DNA of 64,000 nt. Origin: an uncultured Sutterella sp. (GTDB lineage: Bacteria; Pseudomonadota; Gammaproteobacteria; Burkholderiales; Burkholderiaceae_F). The DNA is taken from contig UQUM01000005.1 of the NCBI GenBank assembly GCA_900544255.1, forward strand, positions 24,892 to 88,891. The letters are read 5' to 3'. Position numbers and translations under genes: made by a program. Under the pieces are notes generated by a model. That model did no database searches and had not been told where the DNA came from. It saw only the letters and a list, made by a program, of their open reading frames with translations. Below, piece after piece: positions 1 to 8,810 of the stretch. The stretch's first letter is position 1. Every line of letters starts with the position of its first letter.

Positions 1-429
1 CCACGAAATAAAGACGACGGCCGATACCACGGTAAGCAAAATCAGCTGATCAATTTCAGCCTGTCGCCCCAACAAAAGTCCGATGGCTCCCGCGCCCCAC
101 AATACCCCCGTCATGAGGGTAAGCCACATCCAGCGCCGTATCCAAAACCGCAAGTGAGCCTGCCGTTCCGCATCCGCAAAAAAACACCGACGATACCGAT
201 TCCAGGGAATGAGGCTTGCCGCCACCGTCAGGAACCAAACGCCCGGGACGATGCCGGAAGTGAAATGACGGAAATTAAACGCAAGAATCAGCGCCCCCAC
301 GAGCTGCGTCACGAAAAATACCGCCTGCAGTCTCAGAGACTGCGCCACCAGTTCCGACAGGATGTGCGCCGACCCCGGCGACTGCGTGATCCCTAAATAA
401 GCCTTAATTTTTTCCCAGCATCGAACCAT
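1..429 (-). CDS. Partial CDS (5' end; continues past window start): hydrophobic membrane protein of unknown function
   Basis: Open frame from ATG at 429 running off the window edge. The translation (MVRCWEKIKAYLGITQSP...) is hydrophobic with several predicted TM segments. It is not in the ORF track because it is truncated at the edge. Confidence 0.35.
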   Translation of the reverse strand, partial: MVRCWEKIKAYLGITQSPGSAHILSELVAQSLRLQAVFFVTQLVGALILAFNFRHFTSGIVPGVWFLTVAASLIPWNRYRRCFFADAERQAHLRFWIRRWMWLTLMTGVLWGAGAIGLLLGRQAEIDQLILLTVVSAVVFISW

Positions 430-446
430 ACGAATTCCTTCTCTAT

Positions 447-1430
447 TCAGTGCCACCAGAGATCGGCGGGCGGCGTTTCCCGCCAAGGCACCGACGCGGG
501 TACGGGGCAATTTTGAGCGTTCAGCGTCAACCGTCCCTCCTCCGCCTTCACCGAAGCCGACACCCCCACGGGAAGCGTCAGCGTATCCGGCCGATGACCG
601 AAGGCGAGTCCCTCCACAATGGGAATCCCCGCCGCCTGCCGTATCCAGCCAAAGGCATCCGTCAAGGAAAACCGGCCGTCGCCCGTTCCCGCCGTTTTAT
701 CGGCGCCCGTAAAGCTTCCTGCCAAAACAGCCTTTTGTTTCGTCAATACGCCGGCCTGCAGAAGCTGCAGAAGTAACCGTTCCACCCGCCAAGCCGGCTC
801 TCCGACATCCTCTATAAAAAGAATGCCGCCTTCGACCGACGGAAAATACGGGGTTCCGAGCAGACTCACCAACACCGTCAGATTGCCGCCCCAGAGCGTG
901 CCTTCGGCCTCGACAGCGTCACCCGAAATCGGGGTTTCCAACCGAAAATTCGGCGAAGTGAGTGCTTGCTCAAAGCGTTCGTCCCGCAAATCATTCGCTT
1001 CCGTGAACATCCTCGCCACCGGCCCCTGCCAAGACGACCGTCCGGTTTTAGCGAAAAGCGCCAAATTAAAAGCCGTGAGGTCGCTTAAGCCCACGAACAC
1101 CGCGTAACTCCTGCGGGCTGCCTCCCAATCAATCAGCGGCAGAAGCCGTGCCGTACCGTAGCCGCCCCGCAACGCCAAAATGAGATCCGTGTCGGGATCC
1201 GACAACGCCGCGTTAAGCCCTGCCGCACGACTCGCATCCGTCCCCGCAAACCGGTGCTCCATCTCGCGCAGGTTCGCTGCTTCCTTTACCCGCCAGCCGC
1301 GCAGCGCCAAAGCGGCGACCGTCGCGTCAATCAGCGCCGTGTCCATCCGTGCAAAATCGTCCCCGGCGGTGAGCTGACGCGCCGGCGCCGTCAGCGTAAC
1401 AACGGGATCACGTACGGTGAGTTCGGTCAT
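447..1430 (-). CDS. ldcA: LD-carboxypeptidase (muramoyltetrapeptide carboxypeptidase, peptidase S66)
   Basis: 327-aa ORF with S66-like motifs (GLSDLTAFNLALFAKTG, GYGTARLLP). An AAGGAA SD precedes the ATG. It overlaps the 3' end of the upstream gene by 23 nt. Confidence 0.7.
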   Translation of the reverse strand: MTELTVRDPVVTLTAPARQLTAGDDFARMDTALIDATVAALALRGWRVKEAANLREMEHRFAGTDASRAAGLNAALSDPDTDLILALRGGYGTARLLPLIDWEAARRSYAVFVGLSDLTAFNLALFAKTGRSSWQGPVARMFTEANDLRDERFEQALTSPNFRLETPISGDAVEAEGTLWGGNLTVLVSLLGTPYFPSVEGGILFIEDVGEPAWRVERLLLQLLQAGVLTKQKAVLAGSFTGADKTAGTGDGRFSLTDAFGWIRQAAGIPIVEGLAFGHRPDTLTLPVGVSASVKAEEGRLTLNAQNCPVPASVPWRETPPADLWWH

Positions 1431-2373
1431 TTTGCCGTTCCTTTTTCACCCGACGTGCCGAAAAAAAGTGAGTCAGCACTTCGCGGCAACGGCACGCCTC
1501 CACGCCACGCGTCATCACGGGTTTCGTCGTCATACGGGTCGCTTCAATGACGTTGACGGTACTCGCCGCGCCGCCCCGTTCCGGGTCGTCCGCCCCCCAG
1601 ACAATGCGACCCACGCGCGCCAAGGACGAAGCGGCCGCACACATCGCACAGGGTTCCAGCGTCACGTAGAGCACGGCGCCCACAAGTCGTTCGTTTCCCA
1701 AAACCGCAGCGGCTTTGCGGATCGCCAGAATTTCCGCGTGTGCCGTCGGGTCTTTCAATTCCCGTACCCGATTGCCCGCGCGGGCCACGATGTTGCCGTC
1801 AACGGCGACCACGGCACCCACGGGCACTTCCCCCCGCACACCCGCGGCCTCCGCTTCCAAAAGGGCTTCCTTCATGATGAGGCGATCCAATGCTTCATCA
1901 ATCCGAGGTCCTGCGGCTGCGTTCACCGTTCGGTTTTTCTGCTGCAGCGCCGCGCGGCGCGCCGACCGCGCTTCACCCTCTTTTTCGAGCAATGCCGACA
2001 ACTGGGTCGTAAAGTCTTCAAATGCATCGGCACGATAATCGGGCAAACGCAGCTGTACCTGCACGCGACCGTCCGTCACGGAAATCACGCCGCATCCGGC
2101 CATCATCGCCGTCACGGCCTCAGCATCCGCCCCGAGCCAGCCGCCGAATTTCGACAAAAACGACGCCAGCCGGCGCTTGAAATTAACAAGTCCCGCCCGA
2201 TTGTCCACGGCATTTGCAGCCGCCAACAACGCTCCGCGGAAAAGCGCATCCAACCGATCCGGATGTTTCGCAAGCGACGCGAGCGGAATTTTCTTCATCC
2301 GCGAGAGCACCAACCACCGCCGGGCAAGTTCCTTTACCTCCGGGGTCGGTTCCCGATGACCCGTCTCCGTCAT
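1408..2373 (-). CDS. tadA: tRNA-specific adenosine deaminase TadA (CDA fold: HAEILAIR...LEPCAMC) with ~150-aa N-terminal extension of unknown function
   Basis: The C-terminal half carries the canonical HAE...PCxMC zinc-deaminase motifs of TadA. The N-terminal half has no recognisable motif. The start ATGA overlaps the stop of the upstream mscS-like gene. Confidence 0.7.
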   Translation of the reverse strand: MTETGHREPTPEVKELARRWLVLSRMKKIPLASLAKHPDRLDALFRGALLAAANAVDNRAGLVNFKRRLASFLSKFGGWLGADAEAVTAMMAGCGVISVTDGRVQVQLRLPDYRADAFEDFTTQLSALLEKEGEARSARRAALQQKNRTVNAAAGPRIDEALDRLIMKEALLEAEAAGVRGEVPVGAVVAVDGNIVARAGNRVRELKDPTAHAEILAIRKAAAVLGNERLVGAVLYVTLEPCAMCAAASSLARVGRIVWGADDPERGGAASTVNVIEATRMTTKPVMTRGVEACRCREVLTHFFSARRVKKERQNDRTHRT

Positions 2374-3788
2374 ACCCGGGCCTCATTGGCTGCGACGGCA
2401 GTCACCGCCCTCCGCAGATCGTCCGACACCACGTTGATGGTTCCAGACAACTTCACTTCGCTCTTCGTGTACGGAATTTCGATATTTGCTTCGTCGTAAC
2501 GCTTTAACACCTCACGAAAGATCGCAGACTTCAGGCCCGCAACCCCCAACTGCGGGTCGTTCACCCAGAAGCAGCCCTTCAGATCAATACCGCTGTCGGC
2601 AAATTCCTGAATCACCACCCAGGGGGCCGGATTTTTAAGTACCCGAGCCTGCGACTTGATGACGTCGAGGAAGATCGCAAGCGCCCGATCGACGTCACCT
2701 TCGTAACTCACCGACACCGTCAGGTAATTTGCGGCATCGGGGTCTGAACCCGTGAAGTTTTTGACGCTCGTCGTCACGAAGGTTTCGTTGGGCACCACAA
2801 GTTCTTCGCCCGCCGTATTGCGAATGACGGAATAACGGGTATTGATTTCACGGATGACGCCCGTGAACGACCCCACCTGAACCATGTCCCCGAGGTTCAC
2901 CGAACGATCCAGAAGAATGATGAAGCCCGACACGTAGTTCGACGCAATTTTCTGCAGTCCGAAACCTAAGCCGACGCCTAAGGCTCCGCCGAAAACGGAG
3001 AGCACCGTCAAATCCACGCCGGCAAAGGAGAGAGCCAAAAGAACGGCAAAGAAATAAAACACGAAGCGCAGGATGCGGGAAAACACGACGCGCAGGTTCA
3101 CGGCCATCGCCTTGTGGCTCATGAGTCCGGATTCCGTGACGTCGGCAAGCCAATTGGCGAAGATAAGAGCCAACACCACCGTGAAGAGCCCGACCAACCC
3201 TGCCCACAGCGTCACGTTGCCGTTGCCGACGGGAAGCGTCACCGAACGCAAAATCTTCACGGCTTCCGGAAGTATCCCCACGATCTGCAGAATGGCGAGC
3301 ACCCAAAAGAGAATTTTGATTCCCCGCAGCACCCCGGCGGAAATTTTGCCGCCCAACATACCGGAGAGCAGTTCCAGGCACACCACGATGACCGCCCAGG
3401 CGTAGAAGACGGAATAGGCCATCTTCGCCAAAAGCAGGTTACCGTGTGTCGAAAGAAAAGCTTCAAACTGCAGAACCTGCACAAGAAGCGACAACGTGAG
3501 GGCGGCCACCAAGGAAAACGCCACACCGTCGCAAATCTGCATGCCGAAGCGCAGCAGGCGCGTCACGACGGGCGAATGCCGCTCCCCGACGTGCAAGCTC
3601 CACACCGCCGCCCGTCGGCTGAGCCAAAGCGAAACCGCGAGTCCCAAGGCCGCCGCTGCCACAATCGCCGCGATCTGCCACAAAAACGCTTCGGTACCGA
3701 TGGACGCCAGATGCGACTTCAGAAGAGTCACAAATTCATGAAATCCCGCCAATGAGGCGGTGGAGGCGGTATCTGCCGCTGCCGACAT
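2370..3788 (-). CDS. MscS-family mechanosensitive ion channel
   Basis: 472 aa. N-terminal TM helices followed by the conserved MscS pore/beta domain (GFGLQKIASNYVSGFIILLDRSVNLGDMV...VIREINTRYSVIRN). Confidence 0.8.
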   Translation of the reverse strand: MSAAADTASTASLAGFHEFVTLLKSHLASIGTEAFLWQIAAIVAAAALGLAVSLWLSRRAAVWSLHVGERHSPVVTRLLRFGMQICDGVAFSLVAALTLSLLVQVLQFEAFLSTHGNLLLAKMAYSVFYAWAVIVVCLELLSGMLGGKISAGVLRGIKILFWVLAILQIVGILPEAVKILRSVTLPVGNGNVTLWAGLVGLFTVVLALIFANWLADVTESGLMSHKAMAVNLRVVFSRILRFVFYFFAVLLALSFAGVDLTVLSVFGGALGVGLGFGLQKIASNYVSGFIILLDRSVNLGDMVQVGSFTGVIREINTRYSVIRNTAGEELVVPNETFVTTSVKNFTGSDPDAANYLTVSVSYEGDVDRALAIFLDVIKSQARVLKNPAPWVVIQEFADSGIDLKGCFWVNDPQLGVAGLKSAIFREVLKRYDEANIEIPYTKSEVKLSGTINVVSDDLRRAVTAVAANEARV

Positions 3789-3797
3789 ATCTGCTCC

Positions 3798-4973
3798 TTA
3801 AAGTGCTGCGGTAAGAATAGCCGCGACGTCCTCACGACCGATTGTTCGGAAGTGTCCCAAAACCCCGTGACGCGTCGCGAGTTCCGCAATCGTTTCAACC
3901 GGAATCTCGCCCACGCCGAGGTCGGAAAAGCGGACGGGAAGCTTCATCTTCTGCTCAAAAACCGTAAATTTGGCAATGGCGAGTTCCACAAACGCTTCGT
4001 CGCCCACGCTTTTCACATCGGCCGTCACGCCCATTACGTTTTTCGCAAACCGCACGAAGCGCTCGGGGTTCGTCGCCCACACGAAACGCATCCAAACCGG
4101 AATAATCACCGCCAGCCCTTCGCCGTGCGTCACCCGGGAATTCCAGCCGCTCACGGCGTGTTCGATGCCGTGGCAGGCCCAGTCTTCTTCGACGCCGAGT
4201 CCGAAGAAACCGTTGTGGGCAAAAGTGCCCGCCAAACCGATTTCGCTCCAAGCCGCGTAGTCCTTCGGATCTTCCATCAGTTTAAGCCCGTTTTCCATGA
4301 TGGTACGCAGGGCCGCTTCAGCTTGGCCCGACACGAATTCCACATCGGCCGTATTGGTGAAATAGCGCTCCATGATGTGGCTCATCATGTCGATGACGCC
4401 AGCGCTCACCTGTTTCTGCGGCAGCGTGAAAAAGAGTTCCGGATTGATCACGGCGGCCTTGGGGCGCACCAAGGGGCAGCCGCACCCCAGCTTCTCTTCG
4501 CCTTCGCTTACCACCATGCGGATGCTCGATTCCGAGCCCGCAGCCGGAATCGTCAGAACGGCGAGTACGGGGAGGGCCTGCTGCGGCACGGCCTTCCCCG
4601 TGAAGAAATCCCAAAAGTCCCCGTCGTAGAGCGCCGCCGCAGACGCTGCCTTCGCCGTATCAATCACGCTGCCGCCGCCCACGGCGACGAGAACCGAAAC
4701 CCCCTCGGCCCTCACCTTCGCCGCGGCTTCCCTCACGAGCGCCGCCTTGGGATTCGGTTCCACCCCGCCCAGCGTCGCCACCGTGAGTCCGGCGGCTGTG
4801 AGACTTGCAACCACCCGGTCAAGAAGTCCGCTTTTCACTGCGGAACCGCCGCCGTAAACGATGAGCGCTTTTTTGTCTTCATCGGCCCAGCGCGCGGCGA
4901 GCGCCCCCGTCTTTTCTTCCGCCCCCCGGCCGAAGACGAGTTCCGTCGTATTGCAATATGTGAAATTATTCAT
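3798..4973 (-). CDS. Iron-containing (group III) alcohol dehydrogenase
   Basis: 391 aa with the GGGSVIDTAKA nucleotide-binding motif and a His-rich metal site typical of Fe-ADH (YqhD/BdhA-like). Confidence 0.8.
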   Translation of the reverse strand: MNNFTYCNTTELVFGRGAEEKTGALAARWADEDKKALIVYGGGSAVKSGLLDRVVASLTAAGLTVATLGGVEPNPKAALVREAAAKVRAEGVSVLVAVGGGSVIDTAKAASAAALYDGDFWDFFTGKAVPQQALPVLAVLTIPAAGSESSIRMVVSEGEEKLGCGCPLVRPKAAVINPELFFTLPQKQVSAGVIDMMSHIMERYFTNTADVEFVSGQAEAALRTIMENGLKLMEDPKDYAAWSEIGLAGTFAHNGFFGLGVEEDWACHGIEHAVSGWNSRVTHGEGLAVIIPVWMRFVWATNPERFVRFAKNVMGVTADVKSVGDEAFVELAIAKFTVFEQKMKLPVRFSDLGVGEIPVETIAELATRHGVLGHFRTIGREDVAAILTAAL

Positions 4974-5011
4974 CGTCCTTTCCCAGCCGCCCTTTTCGGA
5001 CAGCCGCTCCT

Positions 5012-6334
5012 TTAATCATCTTCGCCGCCGGTATCCGCCGCATGCGCCGCCGCAGCACCGCGCGTGAGGTCAATGCGCGAAAGCACCAAAATCGCCGCGG
5101 CAAAAAAAAGACCCAGTACCAAAATCGCCAGCCGCTGATTGTTGCCCGTCACCCAACTTACGGCGCCGTAAGTGACGGGGCCCACCACCGCAGAAAGCCA
5201 AAGCGCCATATTCCAAAGACCGAAAAATTCCGCCCGCCGCTGTTCAGGTGCAAGCATTCCGATCATGGCGCGTCCCGCCGACTGGCTCGATCCCATGGCA
5301 AGTCCCGCAAGATTCGCCGCAATCCAAAAGACCCATTCGCTCGTCGCGGCCGCCGCAAGTACCACCATGACGATCCACACGATGAGCGTCAACGCCAAGG
5401 CAAGTTTGTGTCCCAGCCGATCCTGCGCGTACCCGAAGAAAAAAGCGCCGACCGCCGCCGTAATGTTAACCAACAGCACCAAAATCAACGTCTGCGTCAC
5501 GGTAAACCCCATCACAGCCACCGCGTACACCGCAGCCAAGGCAATGACCGTCGCAATCCCGCATTGATAGAGGAATCCCGTCAACGTCAGAAGCCCGAAA
5601 TCCTTAAACCGCGGCAGAACCTTCACGGCTGCTGCCGCTTCGGCAAATGCTTCAAAAAAACCGTGCGCCTCCGATTTGACTGCCGACTGCGGTTCACTGC
5701 GCTCCTTCACCCAAAGGAAAAAAGGGAGCGCCGTCACGGCAAAAACCGCCGCCGTCACCGGTCCCGTCGCCGGCACCATGTCGCTTTCCGTGTACCCCAG
5801 GGTTCGCCCGACGGCAAAAAGCCCCAGGCACAACGCAAGCGTCACGAGCCCCCCGCCGTATCCCAGAGACCAGCCCCAGCCCGACACACGCCCCAAGGCG
5901 TCTTTTTTTGCCAACTCCGGCAAAAAGGCAGAATTAAGACTCTCACCCACGGAATAACCGATGTTGCTCACGATGACGAGGAACGCCGCCAAAATGACCG
6001 CCCCTTCTCGGCAGAACAACAAAGCGGCGGTCGCCAGAATGCAGACCGCCGTCGCCCAAAAAAGCCACCGTTTTTTATTGCCTTGACGATCCGCAGCCCG
6101 ACCGATGCCGGGCATCACAATGAGACAGATGAGATTACTTGCCGCCACCACCGTCGTCCAGAGAAACGTCGCCCAGTCGGCATCCCCACAGACCGTTCCC
6201 ACAAAATAAGCATTGAATACCGCCGTCAGCACCACGGTGCTGTAGCCGGAATTGGCGGCGTCAAAAAGCGCCCACCCCCAGACTTCCCGAACGGCGACGC
6301 CGTCTTTTAACGTACTTTTTTCAAACAGAGCCAT
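5012..6334 (-). CDS. MFS transporter
   Basis: 440 aa, about 12 predicted TM segments, MFS-like loop motifs. Confidence 0.65.
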   Translation of the reverse strand: MALFEKSTLKDGVAVREVWGWALFDAANSGYSTVVLTAVFNAYFVGTVCGDADWATFLWTTVVAASNLICLIVMPGIGRAADRQGNKKRWLFWATAVCILATAALLFCREGAVILAAFLVIVSNIGYSVGESLNSAFLPELAKKDALGRVSGWGWSLGYGGGLVTLALCLGLFAVGRTLGYTESDMVPATGPVTAAVFAVTALPFFLWVKERSEPQSAVKSEAHGFFEAFAEAAAAVKVLPRFKDFGLLTLTGFLYQCGIATVIALAAVYAVAVMGFTVTQTLILVLLVNITAAVGAFFFGYAQDRLGHKLALALTLIVWIVMVVLAAAATSEWVFWIAANLAGLAMGSSQSAGRAMIGMLAPEQRRAEFFGLWNMALWLSAVVGPVTYGAVSWVTGNNQRLAILVLGLFFAAAILVLSRIDLTRGAAAAHAADTGGEDD

Positions 6335-6346
6335 CTCGTGTGCGCC

Positions 6347-6868
6347 TTAGTGAATCATTTCTTCGGGCGCACCGGTGAAAAGCCGGGCCCAACGGTTGAT
6401 GAAGGCCGCTCCCATGGGCGTTGCTTCTGCGCCGGTCACTGAAAATCCGCCGCGGGCGAAATCACTTAAAAACGCATAAAGTTCCGTCATGAAAACGGCG
6501 ACCGCACCGCAGATCACTTCTTCCGGATCCTCGGGAACCATCCCCACTGTCGCTTCGATCGCCTCAGCCAACGCGTCCTGCAGGTATAGCGACAGTCCGT
6601 TGGGATTCCAATCTTCGCCGGGAGCAAAGTGAGGGTTGCCGCCCGAAAACGTCGTCGCAAGCCAATTGGCGAGACGCTCGTCCGCCGCCTGCAGTTCCTC
6701 CGGGGACAGATCCCCCGCCGCCACGGCTTCACTGCGGCCCGCCGTGTTTTTGACAGCCTGCGAGAGAATGTCCCCTACCGTTTCAATACTCACCAAACTC
6801 GGCAATCCGGCCGCTTTGCTGGAAAAATCGCCGCAGCGGCATCCCGGCGCACAACGTGCGCAACTCAT
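6347..6868 (-). CDS. Hypothetical protein, Cys-rich N-terminus (CARCAPGCRCG); tandem paralog of the upstream gene
   Basis: Shares the motif (H/F)FAP.E.WN....YL plus an acidic stretch with the adjacent ORF. The internal ATG at 6868 forms an ATGA overlap with the upstream stop. A longer start at 6925 is possible. Confidence 0.45.
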   Translation of the reverse strand: MSCARCAPGCRCGDFSSKAAGLPSLVSIETVGDILSQAVKNTAGRSEAVAAGDLSPEELQAADERLANWLATTFSGGNPHFAPGEDWNPNGLSLYLQDALAEAIEATVGMVPEDPEEVICGAVAVFMTELYAFLSDFARGGFSVTGAEATPMGAAFINRWARLFTGAPEEMIH

Positions 6869-7389
6869 CGGGCAGCGTCCTTCGTTTTCGGATGGACGGA
6901 GAAGAGTTCCGCCCACTTCATGCACAAATCGTGCACACGGCGGCCGCCCGCTTCCGCATCATCGTCGCTCTTATCATGTTCGTCGGAAAGGAGCGCCGTA
7001 ATTTCCCGCTGCATCTTGAGCGCGGCATAAAAGACCGCAGCGGAGGGTTCCGACAAAAAGAGCTCTCGGTTCTCTTCGTCCATCGTCCGGATTTCCGCTT
7101 CGAACACCCCTTTTAAGTAACAGCCGATCGCGTCACCGTTCCAGCCTTCGGCCGGGGCAAAGAATTCCGGAAGCCGCCCGCAGAGAATGGCCGCTAATTT
7201 TCCCGCCATATCAGTATGGGCCTGCGCAGCTTCCTTCGCGTCCATTTCACCTGAAATCAATTGTTCCATAATCCCCGCCTGTTCTTCCACACAGGAAAAA
7301 CAGAGGGAATAAATCACCCCGGGGTCCCCCAGGTACTGCACCGGACGTTCGTCTTTACCCTTTTGTACATTGTTGGTCGGTTCCGTCAT
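6865..7389 (-). CDS. Hypothetical protein (CxxC-containing), tandem paralog
   Basis: 174 aa. Contains CFSC, FFAPAEGWNGDAIGCYLKGVFEAEI and an acidic C-terminal region. Family not recognised with confidence (possibly UPF0149/YgfB-like). Confidence 0.5.
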   Translation of the reverse strand: MTEPTNNVQKGKDERPVQYLGDPGVIYSLCFSCVEEQAGIMEQLISGEMDAKEAAQAHTDMAGKLAAILCGRLPEFFAPAEGWNGDAIGCYLKGVFEAEIRTMDEENRELFLSEPSAAVFYAALKMQREITALLSDEHDKSDDDAEAGGRRVHDLCMKWAELFSVHPKTKDAAR

Positions 7390-7406
7390 TTTTTCTTCCT
7401 GATTAC

Positions 7407-8348
7407 TTAGTTAGCGAGGGGTTTCGGGGCATCCTTCACGCCCCCCATGATTTTCATGGCGCTCGCGACGAGCGTACTCATGTCGCCGAGGTTGGCAGGC
7501 ACGACGAGCGTGCTCCCGGTTTTAGCGATCTGACCAAACGCGTCCACGTACTTCTCCGCCACCTGCAGATTGACGGCGTTCATGCCGCCCGGCGCCGTCG
7601 TCGCTTCCGCCACCTTCTGCAGCGCTTCCGCGGTAGCCTTCGCCATCGCAAGCGTCGCCGCCGCCTGACCTTCGGCCTGGTTGATCGCCGCCTGTTTTTC
7701 GCCTTCGGAACGGGCAATCGCCGCTTCCTTTTCACCGGTCGCGAGGTTGATCTGTTCCATCTTCTTGCCTTCGGAAGCCGCCACTACCGCACGTTTTTCA
7801 CGTTCTGCCGTAATCTGCTGCTGCATCGCCTGCAGAATCACCGCGGGCGGCGTGAGATCTTTGATTTCGTAACGCAGGACTTTGACGCCCCAGTTCAATG
7901 CCGCTTCATCAATCGCCGACACCACGGTCTTATTGATGAGGTCACGCTCTTCAAAAGTCTTATCGAGTTCCATCCGCCCCACAACGCTTCGGAGCGTCGT
8001 CTGCGCGAGCTGCGTGATGGCGATGATGTAGTTGCTCGTTCCGTAACTTGCACGCTGCGGATCGGTCACCTGGAAAAAGAGTACCCCATCCACCGAAAGC
8101 TGCGTATTGTCTTTCGTAATGCAGACCTGACTCGGCGTATCCAAAGGCACTTCCTTCAGACTGTGCCGGTAAGCCACGCGGTCGACAAAGGGAATGATGA
8201 AATTCAACCCGGGATTCAACACGGCATGGAATTTCCCCAGGCGCTCGACCACCCAAGCGTTCTGCTGAGGCACCACTTTGATGCACTGCGTCACGAAGGC
8301 TACGGCAATGACCGCAAGCACGATGGAAAAAATAAGGAAACTGGACAT
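7407..8348 (-). CDS. SPFH/band-7 (stomatin/slipin-like, QmcA-type) membrane protein
   Basis: 313 aa. N-terminal TM, SPFH domain, and an Ala/Gln/Glu-rich coiled-coil tail. Confidence 0.8.
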   Translation of the reverse strand: MSSFLIFSIVLAVIAVAFVTQCIKVVPQQNAWVVERLGKFHAVLNPGLNFIIPFVDRVAYRHSLKEVPLDTPSQVCITKDNTQLSVDGVLFFQVTDPQRASYGTSNYIIAITQLAQTTLRSVVGRMELDKTFEERDLINKTVVSAIDEAALNWGVKVLRYEIKDLTPPAVILQAMQQQITAEREKRAVVAASEGKKMEQINLATGEKEAAIARSEGEKQAAINQAEGQAAATLAMAKATAEALQKVAEATTAPGGMNAVNLQVAEKYVDAFGQIAKTGSTLVVPANLGDMSTLVASAMKIMGGVKDAPKPLAN

Positions 8349-8375
8349 AGCGTCTGCCTTTATCGTTGATAAATA

Positions 8376-8798
8376 TTAGAAAACAGGTCGCACAACCAAC
8401 CGGGCTCCGTCCACCCGAACAATGACGGCTTCTCCGGCCGTAAGTTTCGTGCCGTCTTCTGTCACCGCGCGCCAAGTACTGCCGCGATAAGCCGCTTCAG
8501 CCGTACCATCGGCCTTCATTTTGATCGTCACCGTCTGGCCGACATCCGGATTCTGCAGCCTGTCGCTTGCCTCATCCGCACGGCCCCGCCGCCACTGATG
8601 CACGAGACCGCACCCTGCAACCGCCAAAACGGCGCACGCCGAAAACTGCCAGCCCGCACCGAGAGCGAGTCCGGCGGCAACGGCGCCCGCGAGGCACGAC
8701 ACAGCGAGCACCAAAAGATAAAACGTTCCCGTGAGAATTTCAGAGCCGCCCAGCACCAGCGCGGCAATCAACCACACCCATACTGCAGAAATCGTCAT
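8376..8798 (-). CDS. NfeD-family membrane protein (stomatin operon partner)
   Basis: 140 aa. N-terminal TM helices plus a C-terminal OB-like beta domain. Lies immediately upstream of the SPFH gene, as in ybbJ-ybbK/qmcA pairs. Confidence 0.6.
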   Translation of the reverse strand: MTISAVWVWLIAALVLGGSEILTGTFYLLVLAVSCLAGAVAAGLALGAGWQFSACAVLAVAGCGLVHQWRRGRADEASDRLQNPDVGQTVTIKMKADGTAEAAYRGSTWRAVTEDGTKLTAGEAVIVRVDGARLVVRPVF

Positions 8799-8810
8799 TC
8801 TTTACCCTCC

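Noticed and set aside
1417-2499. Long + strand ORF (360 aa) and many similar ones: 3852..5015, 5042..6310, 8598..9977, 12178..13359, 14394..15179, 17706..19151, 22076..23000, 27926..28858, 29006..31093, 31110..32657, 36220..38379, 38528..39379, 41774..43129, 43359..45458, 48292..49260, 49961..50857, 50830..52680, 59566..61281
   Set aside because: Each lies entirely antisense to a gene with strong homology-based identity, for example tadA, ADH, MFS, kefB, rpoD, dnaG, the ATPase, nrdD, guaA/B, pheT/S, thrS, relA, nhaD, pncB, nagZ/pdxJ and clpB. Their translations are low-complexity and Arg/Pro/His-rich, typical of high-GC antisense frames. They are treated as shadow ORFs.
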